This document shows positions 51,777 through 64,000 of a stretch of 64,000 nt of DNA, one piece after another. A program made the position numbers and the translations under genes. Under the pieces are notes generated by a model. That model saw nothing but the letters and a program-made list of their open reading frames with translations, had not been told where the DNA came from and did not search any database. Position 1 is the stretch's first letter. Each line of letters begins with the position of its first letter. This DNA is from Azolla caroliniana (Eukaryota > Plantae > Polypodiophyta): positions 18,538,001 to 18,602,000 of the forward strand of contig JBHGNT010000011.1 of assembly GCA_043228905.1 (NCBI GenBank), read 5' to 3'.

Positions 51777-54700
51777 TCAAATTGCGGATAGCTCGGCCTC
51801 TCTCGAGGAAGGGCGGTATGCTATAAAAGTACCATCATTGGCAAATGACCCTGGATTAATGCAAGTCAACCCCGAATACTTGAAAACTTTTTGCTCTGAA
51901 CAGTCAGCAAGCACAACCTATCAATCATCACCAAACCAAACACAACATTATGCACCTAATGAAGAACGGGAGGAACTAGGGAGAACATATAATCTTCTCA
52001 TTGTACTTACAGTATGTGGAGTTGGGTAAAGACGAAGAGTATGATCATGGTTCCAACTGATTGGTTGTGTTGTCAGTGGCAAAGGGCAAAGATGACTCTG
52101 ATGGGCAATGGTGGCTACAAGCTGTACAAAAACACACAACTGGTAATATCATCCCACTAGAATTATATAGAACATAGAAAACACATTTAATGATCACAAC
52201 ATCACTAACACATACATGCTCAAACGGGTCACTTGTTTCCTCTTCTGAAGGAGGAAGGACACATGATCTCCGCATTTTATAGAGCAAATCGTTGCGAAAT
52301 AACACAATCTCTTGGGCATAGAATCTTAACCTGTATGTCAACATAGTGTAGATGTAAGATTATATATATACAAATTCTAAAAATACTGAATTGTGCCATG
52401 ATTCAACGTAAAAGATCTCACAAACAACATTACAAACTGACCTACAAGGATTTGAGGAAAAAATGGCATCTGGGAGATGCTTATGGATTTCATTGGATAA
52501 TATTTTTGGAAGAGCTGGTCTTGGCAATACTTCAGCTGGTCCTGTCATAGATCAGTAATCCAAAAATTGGTGCTCTGGGAATAAGAAGGAAATGCACATG
52601 TAAGCTATAGAGCGTAGCTATACCTAAATCCTCAGGACCAGGAATGAAAAGAAACTTGCTTGTCTCCTTAATCCGTGAATGAGTAGCAATAACTGCACCA
52701 AGCTTATTGAAGTGCGACCTTTGTAAACAAACAAAATAAAACATTCTATTAGAGTTATGCTCAGATTACCTCTTTTTCATGAGACCAACATTACTTCAAT
52801 TCAAGTCCATTTACCGGAGGCCTGAAATGTCATTGAAGGCCAAATTGCATGGGTGCGAGCAGAAATTCCCCATGAATATGAAAAGAGATGGAACCACATC
52901 GACTGTCTCATAACCATCAAAGATGATTGTCAGCTTTTCAAATGTCTGCTCTGCACAGGAACAGAGGTTTAGATCAAATCACACACTTCCTTCAATTCTC
53001 CATGTCTCGCATGAAGTTTCAATGGCCTCTTTTGCTCAATATTTGGAACAAACCTCAGCATTGTCTAGCCAAATATCAGATAGAATGACAAACATGTCAT
53101 TGATGGCTTTCTTCTCAGCCTCCTCTAGACGATTCTGAGGATTAGTCAAGAAAGTTGAAGTTCATTCATGTTTAAACTACTGTTTGCAACTAAGGTAAGA
53201 AAGGATACACGTTCTTCTGCAGTTATAGAACCTCCACCGAAGAAGTCCAATCCTGCAGTAACAGATAGGGACACATCTCTATTCTCCAGTGGAGGAAACC
53301 CACAGGTTAACACCTGAGTGATCAAAAGGAGATAATTATGCATTTTAAATTTGAAACAGAATCCAAAACAGACCTCGCTAAATGCAATGACGTTTCGTTA
53401 ACTTCGTGGAGCTTACCTGGAAGGTGCCATTTGTTTGCAACTCTCCCTCTGCAACAATGATAGTATTCTCAACAAACAGGCCTGTCGTAATCTTGTGTAG
53501 ACTAAAGTTAAAGAATTTGCATAAAACCTTAAAAGGGCGCTAACATTTTACATCGTAGTGAACCTAGACACACAAATACCATTTATTCAAGGATATAGCT
53601 TGAGATAAATCAATTGGAATAGAGGCTGTAAGATCCTCAAGGAAGAATCTTCCATCTTCAAGCTGCGATATCACTCCCATCACCCATCTCTTCCCACCGC
53701 AGCCTATCAGAGATTGCACTGGTGTCATCTGTGCATTAAGGGTTTATAATTCACACACAAGATTGAAAAGTCACATGATCTGCAACCACATTACAGCATT
53801 CTAGAGGAAGACTCACTTCACAACTTCCAGCTCGAGTGCCCTCAAAGTTGAATGCCGGCTTGGCAAAGTGCTTGTCTCGGACAATCCTCTGCTGCAGAAG
53901 TTGAAGACGGTCTCGATAAAGGGATGACTTAGACTGAGCATCCCCATGAATCGGCAGGTCTCCAGTACATCTGGACAGAAGAAATAAAAAATCAGACATG
54001 GAACCAAAATTCCATCTTCTGGAATACAGAGCGCATACATAGGCACAGGCAAGGCAGGATCATGCAGGCATACATGTGCCCTAATCTTTCAGCGTGACAC
54101 CAAAGTTACCAGTAGATCACTCTATCTGTACTCAGACTAGAAAGACTCTAGGTTTTAACCTCACATTGACGTTTCTTGCCAATAACACAATGTGTCACAA
54201 AAAGAAGGTGACGCAAAGATGAAAAAATTGGGACTGTGCGCTTCAGGATTGAGCTAATGCAACACCTGAAAGCACAATAAGCCCTAGTTATCGCAAACAA
54301 AACAAATTGACAATGTGAATGCAACGAAAGAAAGAGGCCTTTGTTTGCCTGAGAAAAACACAATTGTCTACATCTTCCTAACATAAGTCACTATGTCAAG
54401 ACCTGTTCAACGCCTGCTAAAAACAGACGCAGCCAATACAATCTGCCTCTCTGATGAGGATTCAATTAACTACTAGAATGCCTAAAAGGCTACCTTTCCT
54501 TGACCAGTTTAATTCCATTTCCACAACCAAATAAAGCAGATAGATGAGGAACTTTACCTATAAAAAAGCTTTCGTATGGGATCATAACGCATCCTGGAGA
54601 TTTCAAAGGCATTGATGACACGAAAGACCTTCTGATCCTTATAGAGACTCCCAGTCAGGGATGCTAACACCTCCTCGATAGCTTCCTTACTTAGGACGTT

Positions 54701-55280
54701 GTGTTTTACTGCAAAGGAAAAACCAATGAGAAACAACATAGTTGAATGGAAAAAAACAGACGCAAAGTGAGATAATTGGCAACAGCAACACACTACCATA
54801 CAGAGCTTTCGAGCTACGAAACATAGATATGATGAGGGAAAACCAGCATGAAGAAATCTAAGATCACAGATGAACGGAATACGAGAAGCGAACTGAGAGC
54901 GGTCATCAGCCATGGCATTGAAGGACCGAGCACATATAGCAACAACCTACTCAATTCTGGACCAAAAGAGGGATCTTTCGTTCCTAGAAGAAGCTGAAAA
55001 ATGGTGGGAGAGGAGACAAGAGGAGTCATGGAGATATGCAGATCAGAAACGGAAATCAAAGCAATACATAATTGGTGGTGATATTCATACGCGACATTTT
55101 ATCGAGCTCCTGTGCGATCTGCTCCAAAGTGGCGTCGTCGTCGTCATTGGCATCAGATGAAGAGGAACGGGAGAGGAAGGCGACGACAGATTTGAGGGCG
55201 TCAAGGGTGAGGGTGACGCCTCGGAGCCTCAGCTTCTGCTGCGCTCGCCTCATCCGTTGCTGTGCAGTCGGAGGCGCCAT
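51777..55280 (-). CDS. DPB2: DNA polymerase epsilon subunit B, 13 exons: 55280-55091, 54708-54558, 53970-53817, 53728-53597, 53494-53417, 53313-53209, 53134-53054, 52945-52815, 52718-52624, 52541-52442, 52330-52216, 52121-52011, 51917-51777
   Basis: Motifs FVILSDIWLD, FIFMGNF, FIPGPED, LPRPALP, SNPCR, HQSHLCPLP..QPISWNHDH.LRLYPTP and NPGSFANDG.F.AY.P. Confidence 0.96.
53135..53208 (-). other. U12-type GT-AG intron in DPB2
   Basis: Donor GTATCCTTTC; branch site TTTCTTGAC at 53153-53145; acceptor CAG. Confidence 0.88.
53495..53596 (-). other. U12-type AT-AC intron in DPB2
   Basis: Donor ATATCCTTG; branch site TTCTTTAAC at 53515-53507; ends in CAC. Splicing restores IDLSQA-KITTGLFVEN. Confidence 0.93.
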
Positions 55281-55338
55281 GGCTGCTCTGTCTCTGTCTC
55301 AATGTCTGTTTTCTGAGGATTTTTGGACAGCAAAGAAG

Positions 55339-55347
55339 TTTCCCGCC
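55339..55347 (+). promoter_or_regulatory. Consensus E2F site TTTCCCGCC about 60 nt upstream of the DPB2 ATG
   Basis: Exact plant E2F/DP consensus in the promoter of an S-phase replication gene. Confidence 0.8.
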
Positions 55348-56060
55348 ATTCCCCCATGTCTATGTACATACATCATTTATGTAATGTAATGTATGTATGT
55401 AATAATGTATGTATGTATATATGTTATGTATGTATGTACATATGTATATATGTACGGATATACATATGTATGTGAGTATGTATGTATGTATGTATGTATC
55501 GCGCGTACTCTCCCATAGCGAGCCCTAAATCTCCACACAAAACTAGCTTTCATAGCCATGCTTGCGAATTGGCCAAATGATGCACTAAACTAATGAACTG
55601 ATAATTTCCGTGCTTAGTGCCACCACCATGGGGAGGAGGATCAATGTATGCCTCCTAAATTGAATAATCTATGGACAAACCCCCACACGTTTGATGTGTA
55701 GTGCAAACTTGATAACTATGGGCGTATCAAACCCATCGATGTGCACTACTACATATGCCCTTGTGATTTCAGCATCTAATATGTATATACATTACACACA
55801 TCTCTTCATGTTATATCAACCATTTGTGTTGTGGGAAATGGCAGAGCATCGGAATCGTAATGGCATTTTTTTGTATTCACGAGCGAATTATTTGGCGTGT
55901 GTACGATAGATATCAAAACTAAACTACGAAGATTTCCATGAAGAGTTCGGAGTGTGCCCGATCCGATCCGGAGGACATTGCGACAAGATCAAACCCTCGG
56001 ACCTTTTACACATTTCCATAGACATTCATTTCCCAAACAAGTTCTAAATGTCTACTTATT

Positions 56061-58532
56061 ATGGTTCCAATGATTGGAGAGCCACGAGAGGAAGTGGTGG
56101 TTGTTGCTGGTAGGTCTGCTGAAGCATATGTTTACAGTTTTAGCCATCCTACTACAACTCTCGTGTTTTATGTCTTAATAATAACTATGATGGTACTCCC
56201 AACTGCAGCAGTGAAGAGAATTCAGCCTGAACAAAACTTTGGCAGCACAACAACTCCGGAAGAAGATGGTTTCGTTTTTGTGGAGTTACTGGGAGCTTGT
56301 GCTGAGAGAAAGGATCTCCACACTGGTAGCAAGTTGCATGATGATATCATTAGGAAAGGGTTACTTCAAAAGAACCCGTACCTAGCCAGCGCCTTAGTGA
56401 ATATGTATGCAAAATGTGGCATTCTTTGGAAAGCACACCGACTGCATTATCAGCTATGTTCTCAGAGTGTAGTTTCTTGGAATGCTCTAATTTCAGGGTA
56501 CACACAATGTGGTAAAGGTCATGGAGCTATGGCATGTTTTGAACAAATGCAAAAGCAAGGCATTGCTCCGAGTATAACTACGTTCATTTGCATCTTGAAA
56601 GCGTGTGGTTGTATAGGAGCTATTGAGAAAGGTCAATGGATTCATGATGAGATCATTAATAGGGGATGGATGGACAAAAGTCTTCAGCTTGGCAATGCTT
56701 TGGTCAGTATGTACACAAAATGTGGTGCACTTCTGAGAGCAAAAAAAGTTGTTGAAGAGCTTTCAGTTCGAAATGTAGTCACTTGGTCTTCACTAATTGC
56801 AGGGTACACTCAACAGGGTCAAGGACATGAAGCAATTGACTGTTTTGTACAAATGGAAAGTGAGGGTATCTCTCCGAATGTGATCACTTTTGCTTGCATC
56901 TTGAGAGCTTGTGGAATCATTGGAGATTTTGACAAAGGTAAACATGTTCACAACAGTATTGTCGCTAATGGATTGTTAGAGAAGAATGTTGTGCTTGGTA
57001 CTGCTCTAGTGGACATGTATGCCAAATGTGGTTTGATGATGGAAGCACAACAAGTGCATAATGAACTTTATGCACATGATGTAGTCTCTTGGTCGGCATT
57101 GATTGCAGGTTATGCTCAACAGGGACAAGGTCATGATGCATTGAACTGCTTTGGAAGAATGCAAGATGAGGGTCTGACACCAGATGTAATCACCTTCACT
57201 TGTGCCTTGAATGCTTGTGGCAGCACAGGGGCTATTGAAAAGGGGAAACAAATCTATGATCTGATTATTAGTAAGGGTTTGCTAGAAGAGAGTGTTATAG
57301 TCGGGAATTCTTTGGTGGATATGTATGCCAGATTTGGTATGCTCACCGAAGCACATAAGGTTCATTGTGGACTCTGTCTTCGAAACTTAGTATCGTGGAA
57401 TGCTCTCATTACAGGGTATACACAGAGCAGGCAAGATCATGAAGCAATGGATTGTTTTGAAAGAATGCAAAGTGAGGGTTTGTCCCCGAGTGTAATCACC
57501 TTCACTTGCATATTAAAAGCTTGCGGTAGTGTAAGAGCTATAGATAAGGGCAGAGAGATTCATTATGAGATTGTCAGGAGAGACATGTTAGAGAAAGATG
57601 TAATGCTTGGCAATGGTCTAGTGGACATGTATGCTAGATGTGGTGAGCTAGCAGCAGCCCAACAAGTTCTTGAAGAGCTCCCTATCCGTAACGTAGTAAC
57701 ATGGTCTACATTAATTGCAGGATATGCTCAACAGGGGCAAGATCACAAAGCGCTCCACTGTTTTGAATCTATGGAAAATGATGGTCTCTCCCCAAATACC
57801 ATAACTTTCACAAGCATTCTGAAGGTCTGTGGCAGTGTGGGAGCTATTGACAAGGGCACCCAGATTCATGATGTGCTTGTTAGTAAGGGTTTGTTGGAGA
57901 AAGATACTGAACTTGGAAATGCTTTAGTGGATATGTATGTCAAATGTGGTATGCTTGCAAAAGCGAAGCAAGTGCTCGAGGAGCTTCCTATTCGAAACAT
58001 GGTCTCCTGGTCTGTGCTAATTTCAGGGTATGCCCAAAGGGGTCTAGCCCATGAAGCAGTGATGTATTTTGAACTTATGCAGGACGAAGGTCTATCTCCA
58101 GATGCAGTCACCTTTCTATGTGTTTTGAATGCGTGTAGTCAGGCAGGACTTTTGGATGAGGTTCAAGTGTTGTTCACAAATATGATTCAAAGATATGGTA
58201 TCTTGCCCAAGATAGAGCATCATACTTGCATGGTCGTTATTTTGGGATGTGCTGGTCATCTTCCTAAAGCAATGTCAGTGATTAAGACTATGCCATCTTC
58301 TCAGTGTCCCTTAATATGGCTCGCATTGTTAAGTGCTTGTAGAAAATGGGGGAATTTAAAGCTTGGGAGATTGGCTTTTGATAAGGTGATGGATCTAGAT
58401 AAGAGTTGTGTTGCAGCTTATGTCATTATGACTAACATGTATGCAGCTCTAGGGATGAAAGAAGATGCAGAAAATATTGAAGCTATGAGACACAACATTC
58501 TGGAAGAAGCTGGGCAATGGTGTGTGAGATGA
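56061..58532 (+). CDS. PLS-class pentatricopeptide repeat protein with E domains and no DYW (putative organellar RNA editing factor)
   Basis: 823-aa ORF with about six P-L-S triplets (VSWNALISGY / TFTCILKACG / GNALVDMYAKCG), then HHTCMVVILG, WLALLSACRKWGN and AAYVIMTNMYA. The start codon is uncertain. Confidence 0.95.
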   Translation: MVPMIGEPREEVVVVAGRSAEAYVYSFSHPTTTLVFYVLIITMMVLPTAAVKRIQPEQNFGSTTTPEEDGFVFVELLGACAERKDLHTGSKLHDDIIRKGLLQKNPYLASALVNMYAKCGILWKAHRLHYQLCSQSVVSWNALISGYTQCGKGHGAMACFEQMQKQGIAPSITTFICILKACGCIGAIEKGQWIHDEIINRGWMDKSLQLGNALVSMYTKCGALLRAKKVVEELSVRNVVTWSSLIAGYTQQGQGHEAIDCFVQMESEGISPNVITFACILRACGIIGDFDKGKHVHNSIVANGLLEKNVVLGTALVDMYAKCGLMMEAQQVHNELYAHDVVSWSALIAGYAQQGQGHDALNCFGRMQDEGLTPDVITFTCALNACGSTGAIEKGKQIYDLIISKGLLEESVIVGNSLVDMYARFGMLTEAHKVHCGLCLRNLVSWNALITGYTQSRQDHEAMDCFERMQSEGLSPSVITFTCILKACGSVRAIDKGREIHYEIVRRDMLEKDVMLGNGLVDMYARCGELAAAQQVLEELPIRNVVTWSTLIAGYAQQGQDHKALHCFESMENDGLSPNTITFTSILKVCGSVGAIDKGTQIHDVLVSKGLLEKDTELGNALVDMYVKCGMLAKAKQVLEELPIRNMVSWSVLISGYAQRGLAHEAVMYFELMQDEGLSPDAVTFLCVLNACSQAGLLDEVQVLFTNMIQRYGILPKIEHHTCMVVILGCAGHLPKAMSVIKTMPSSQCPLIWLALLSACRKWGNLKLGRLAFDKVMDLDKSCVAAYVIMTNMYAALGMKEDAENIEAMRHNILEEAGQWCVR

Positions 58533-59089
58533 TGCAAGGATATGTATATATATACACGCTACTCAATTGTTTTTGGCCATACAAAGCATTCTAAAGCAAG
58601 GGCAAAAGATCACTAGAAGGACGTGATTCACTAGTTATTCCGAGGCTCCCCAAAGCCGGAAGAAATCCAAAAGTTACCTGTATTCCCTGGAACCCTCCCC
58701 CTACATCTCCATCGAGTATCTCTTGACTCATGATTGGCCAAACAACCAGAATCCTTGGCTTTACATGAGTGGCAATGTTCATTCAGCTACGCCTCATGAG
58801 TGGACAAGCTAGCTCTGTGAAAATACATGGCGCTCAGGATATGGATACTTGGGCTATCAATTGTCAAAGCTATCCTGGAAGATTAAGGGAAGAATTACAT
58901 GCTGGGCAATCATGAGACAAATTGCTGACTTACTATCAAAGTTTCTCTGCCATCACAAATACAAAGCCAATTTCCATGGGAATGATCTATTCATCATACA
59001 TGCTTTGCTAAAATGTCATGATTTACTTGCATTGTGAAGCATGGAAAAGAACATTAATGAAATTGTAAAAACCGGTAAAAGGACATGGT

Positions 59090-59200
59090 TTGCCAGGATA
59101 CTGTTTGTATGCCCAACAGACTCCAATTGATACGTAAGGACGTTAAAGAAATTGTGGGAACTGTTAAAATGGTTTGCCAAGACATTGTAGGAATGCAAAA
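59090..59200 (+). repeat. Degenerate ~87-bp tandem repeat with coding-like periodicity
   Basis: EIV.T..MVCQD.V.M.N appears twice; the upstream copy, beginning near 59050, is frameshifted. Confidence 0.5.
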
Positions 59201-60485
59201 TGGATCAGTTTCCGATCTATATATATTGGACATCAAAAGTTTTCAGTCCAGCAGTCTCTACATGCTTACTATGTTTCACACGATATGAGCAGCATATCCT
59301 AACCCTCGTCTTTGAATAGTTCTAGGGTCAACTGCAGGGATGTAAATATCCCTTCTGTTCATTTTCATGTAATCATTCTTTTCGGGTTATAAAATCCCAT
59401 CGGCCTTCAATCAACATTTACCTATTTCGCTTGCATGAAATTTATGATGTACATTACCCTGTCTCATAAATAAAGGATCACAGTCAATTATCTCTGGCCA
59501 AGGAAAATACATTAATGCACACAGCATCAAGAGAGAGACATGTTTAAGGTACAATAGACATGTATGCTTTCTGAGCACATTGAAGAGCTTGGTTGTCTCT
59601 AAAGCTATGGCATAAATGCAAAAGGTAGTAGAGGATGGGTGCTATGAAAGATGAATGTTATGTATGTAATTGTTGATTCTTTGTTAACAAACACAAGATC
59701 ATGTAGCATTTGCTGAGGCAAGTTTTTTGTTTGATATGGAAGAGTTAAAAGGAATGAAGTGTATACAGTAGTGTAAAGCCCTGCAGGATAATAATAACAA
59801 TAGTAATAGTAGTAGTAGTAGTAGTAGAAAAGAACAGAGCTTCCTCACTCTTTCAAGTAAAGCCCTCCCCTCCTTCTCCTTCCCCATTCCATTGACTCCT
59901 TCTCCTTTTTCTGTGTCTTAAGATCCCACCATCGCTCCCATTGGCCCCCTCAATTCTCTGTATTTCTAGCGCCATATCCACCCACGCGGATTCCCCCGGA
60001 TTCCTTCTTTTCGACCCTGAATGTCACAGTAGCCCTCCATTGATTCCTCTCTCTCTCTCTCTCTAAGCTTCCACGAACACCACCACTTCCTCTCATTCTT
60101 TCCAAGTTTTGCGTCACATCGACATACCGAGATAAAGAGAGGGAGAAATTTTCTCTGGATTCCCTTTGCGAACCCAGAATTCTTCCCTTTCCCTTGTATA
60201 TGCGTCATATCGAAGGAGGGTTGGAAGATCTAGGGTTTTAGGATTGATTGCCTTTCATCAGGCTTCGATTCAATATCATTCCTCTTTTGATCTGCTTTCT
60301 CATCCCCAAACCCCAAAACACCAGTGAACAGGAGTCCAGATTCGCTAGTTTGCCTTGTGTTGTAAATCATTTCTCTCCGTTGGTCTTCTGGCTGCGATCT
60401 GAAGCTGCACACGCCTATACGCACATAAATAAATAAAAAACTGCTAAGAGTTTGAATTGCACTGCTAAGATTCTTAGGTGCTGCA

Positions 60486-63400
60486 ATGGCTATGCATAAT
60501 CATCAACAAGAGTCTCATCGAGCAGAGAACATGAGTGGGACCAAAAGGTCATTTGAAAAAACTTCTAGAGATGGATATGCTGATACTGACCCAGTAGAAG
60601 AGAAACGACCGAAGCTTCCAGGCCCTGCAAGGTACTAAATTTTCACCGTCCTATCCACAATATGATGGTTATTGATCTGGCTATATGATTTTCATTAAGA
60701 AATCATCAAATTGCATCAATACTCATGCCTTTCAATTTTCATTTTGCAGTGTTATCCGTGAGGCTGTTAAAATGCAGAATCTATGTTCAATTCTGGAACC
60801 TTTTCTCCGCCAAGTGGTAACCTATTTTGCACGCTTTCTGGGTGGAAGTGATTGTGTTTATGTAACAGTTGTGATTGTTCTGATATATTAGGTGTAGTGG
60901 AAACTAATAGTGATATTTTGTCGTCACTGAATGAGAGCGATTATGGTTTATACTCCTATTGTTGGTATGAGGTGAAGTGGGAGCTAAAGGATTGGTTTTC
61001 ATATTGAAACCGAGTTTTGGAGATACGCATATTTTAGTCTCTGATATGAAAATTTTGTGAACACTCAATAGATAAAACTACATGATTTATTTGAGTGATG
61101 GGGTTCTAAATTCCTGCAATTGGAATCTGTAACCTAAAGATGAAAATCCCACTTTATCCACCAACCATCACTATTCTTCTTGCACCAAGTGTCATCCTGT
61201 GTTCATGGAAGGACACCGGTGACTTGTTTTGAGGTTAAACATCTGGAGGGAAGTCCATCGTTTGTATCTGGAAACCACATGAAACTTGAAATAGTTCATA
61301 AATTCTAGGCAGCATATTTTCTGATAATGGATGCTGAACTGCTTATAGCTTGCGATGTGTAGCACTAGTTTCATTCAAAATAATGTTTTTCTTCTTGGTG
61401 TCAAGAAATTAACAATTGTTTTAGCCATCAGGAATACTCAACTCTGTCTGACTGCAGATTGGAGAGGAAGTTGAACGTGTCCTTGGAAGAATTATCCCCA
61501 AGAAGCTTGAGTCAAGGTGAGTACAGAATGTAATGCACAGAATTTATTCTTACCATTAATGCATTATTTGATTAAATAGTAGCCTCTGATGCTCTTTAGT
61601 CTGTGAGGTTGCTCATAAGCTGCAACATTATCTCACACTGGTCTAAAAGAATAGAAAGCCCTAAGTGTATCAACAAGTGAGAGAGAAATGGTGGTACAAA
61701 CCAAGCATCGATTATCCTTGTTTTTACTTCCCAGAAACTTGTATCACTGTGTGTGCTATGGTATGTTGTGGTCATGTTCATTCCTGACTCAAGGCATCTC
61801 TTTTCATTTCCAGAACTTCTACACTGCAGATACAGGAGCCCTGCTCTTCTGATTTGCGGCTTATTTTCAAGAATAAGATTTCACTCCCTCTATTTACTGG
61901 TGGAAAAGTAGAAGGGGATCAAGGTTTACCAATACATGTTGTCCTTGAAGATGTGAGCACTGGCCGGGTCGTAAAAACAGGACCTGAATCTATGGCTAAG
62001 CTAGAAGTGGTGGTTCTTGATGGGGACTTTGCTAATGATTATATATGGACAGCAGAGGATTTTGAACAACATGTCTTGAGAGAACGTGATGGAAAGAGGC
62101 CGCTTCTTACTGGGGACTTGAGTATGACATTGAAAGAAGGGGTTGGAACATTGGGTGAGTTGACCTTTACAGACAATTCGAGCTGGATCAGGAGCAGAAA
62201 GTTCAGGCTTGGTGTTAGGGTTTCACCTGGATACTTAGAAGGCATTCGAATCAAAGAGTGCAAGACAGAAGCTTTCACTGTCAAAGACCACAGAGGGGAA
62301 CGTAAGTCTTTGCTACTCTCTTTTGTGTTATACTTCTATTCCTTGTCCATACACAATTCAGCCATCAACATCTGTCTTTTGAATGCCAGTTTACAAAAAA
62401 CATTACCCACCAGCTCTAGCCGATGAGGTATGGAGATTAGACAAGATAGGCAAAGATGGAGCTTTCCATAAGAAACTTCAAAGGAATGGTATTAAGACTG
62501 TAGAGGATTTTCTCCGTAACTATGTGATGGATCAACAAAACTTGAGAAATGTAATATTATTTAATTTTCCGATGTGAATCAGATGAATAATCTTACGGAA
62601 AAGAAGCTTAAAGAAATGGCAAATACATGTTTTTATTATGCAGATTCTTGGTAGTGGTATGTCAAACAAGATGTGGGATGGGACAGTTGAACATGCAAAG
62701 ACTTGTGTCCTGAATCGCAAGGTGTATGTCTTCAATGCAGACAATGCACGTAACATCTGTGTGATTTTTAATAACATTTACCAACTTATGGGTGTGACTT
62801 ACAGTGGGCACTACAAGTCTGCCGAATCTCTGACAGAAAATGAAAAGGTTGGGTATTGCATTAAGACATAAGTAATAGTTTTGTAGCATATGCTTCACAA
62901 ACTCTTAATTACTTGTGATTCTTTTCTACAGGTGCATGTTCATAGGCTCGTGAAGGTGGCATACGCAAACTGGCACAATGTTAAAGAATGTGATAGTGGA
63001 TCCCTTGCTACTGAAACTGCATGTAAGCATATGAATATGTTCAGTGAGGAAGAGGGCGTGAGAATGATTGGAAGCTCAAGTGGCCTCAATGAACAACCCT
63101 CAAGAAAGTTTCAAACCTCACATATGCCTGCAAATACAATTGGTAAAAAATTCCTAAAGAAATTTTCAGACATCAATTTATGAAGTGAAATCACATAAAT
63201 TGCTTGCATATAATATTTAAGCTAGTTCCATGTTACTACAGCACATGCTGCTACATTTCAGCATCACGACTACAATACAGATGTCACACCAAAAATTGGC
63301 AGCCAAGAGCACACAATCAACCATAATGATCAGATGTTGATTACTGTAACTGACACACAGAAGTTTCTATTGTCAAACCAGCCTCTTCAAGGATCTTTTA

Positions 63401-63855
63401 CTAGAAACGACGCTCCCCTGATCAGCCTTGCCATTGAATCCCCTACTACTATGTTATCAAGATCTTATAGTTTTCAATATGCTGCAACGTCACAACAAGC
63501 ATACCAACCAAACCCTGTTGAATGGCAACGGATCCCAATGACGCATGCCACCCATTGTATCATGGAAGAGGATATCCGTGCGATGACACAAGAGATGTTG
63601 GGGAATGATGATATGCAGAAACTCTTACGGTTATCATATTTCCCTGCCCCAGAAACTTTCAGATTGTATGAAGAGGAGCCTTACATACCAGGCTATGGCT
63701 TATCTCCCACTTTGTCATATGGTGGAAATGGTAGACGTTCGTCTGGAAAGGCGTATGTAGGTTGGCTGAAGCTCAAAGCAGCATTATGGTGGGGCATCTT
63801 CATTAGAAAAATTGTTAATGACAAGGCAGTTAAACGAGCCCAGGTTGAAGACTAA
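60486..63855 (+). CDS. CBP60: Calmodulin-binding protein 60 (CBP60b/c/d-like). Exons ~60486-60631, 60750-60816, 61458-61516, 61814-62301, 62390-62550, 62644-62847, 62932-63142, 63242-63855
   Basis: [46 protein letters not shown] and [30 protein letters not shown]; C-terminal CaM-binding segment [21 protein letters not shown]. Confidence 0.96.
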
Positions 63856-64000
63856 TGGGATATCTGAATGTCTACAACAAGTGCCATGTCTTCATATACA
63901 GTGAAGATCAACATTGAGATAGCATCATAAGGAATCACTGAACAGTATCCATGAAATCCTTCTCTGATCTCGACAATGTCTGGGGTGTAGAGTGTGGGTT

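Noticed and set aside
1-64000. Functional gene cluster or horizontally acquired system
   Set aside because: The nine genes are unrelated conserved plant genes with normal introns; no bacterial-like or pathway-clustered genes were seen.

Overview
Eukaryotic land-plant nuclear DNA. It is probably a fern or other seed-free vascular plant with a compact genome; this is inferred from the PLS-class PPR gene style, short introns and abundant GA/CT and TATG microsatellites. I reconstructed nine intact protein-coding genes by hand from splice sites: a GH9 endoglucanase (+), thylakoid FKBP18 (+), peroxisomal LON2 ending in SKL (+), an F-box/kelch protein (-), a PCFS4/Pcf11 polyadenylation factor (+), a TRAPPC12-like TPR protein (-), DNA polymerase epsilon subunit B DPB2 (-), a PLS-E PPR protein (+) and CBP60 (+). 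The window also holds two non-autonomous hAT elements with TIRs and 8-bp TSDs, degenerate copia, LINE and hAT remnants, and a tRNA-derived relic. It contains three minor-spliceosome (U12) introns (two in DPB2, one of them AT-AC; one in LON2) and two GC-AG introns. I found no clearly new biological system. The most unusual signals are (1) local tandem duplications that copy splice sites, above all a duplicated LON2 acceptor that would give a protease lacking its PTS1, and (2) a hAT element inserted in a microsatellite whose internal minisatellite repeats its own TIR core. Coordinates were counted by eye and may be off by a few nt.
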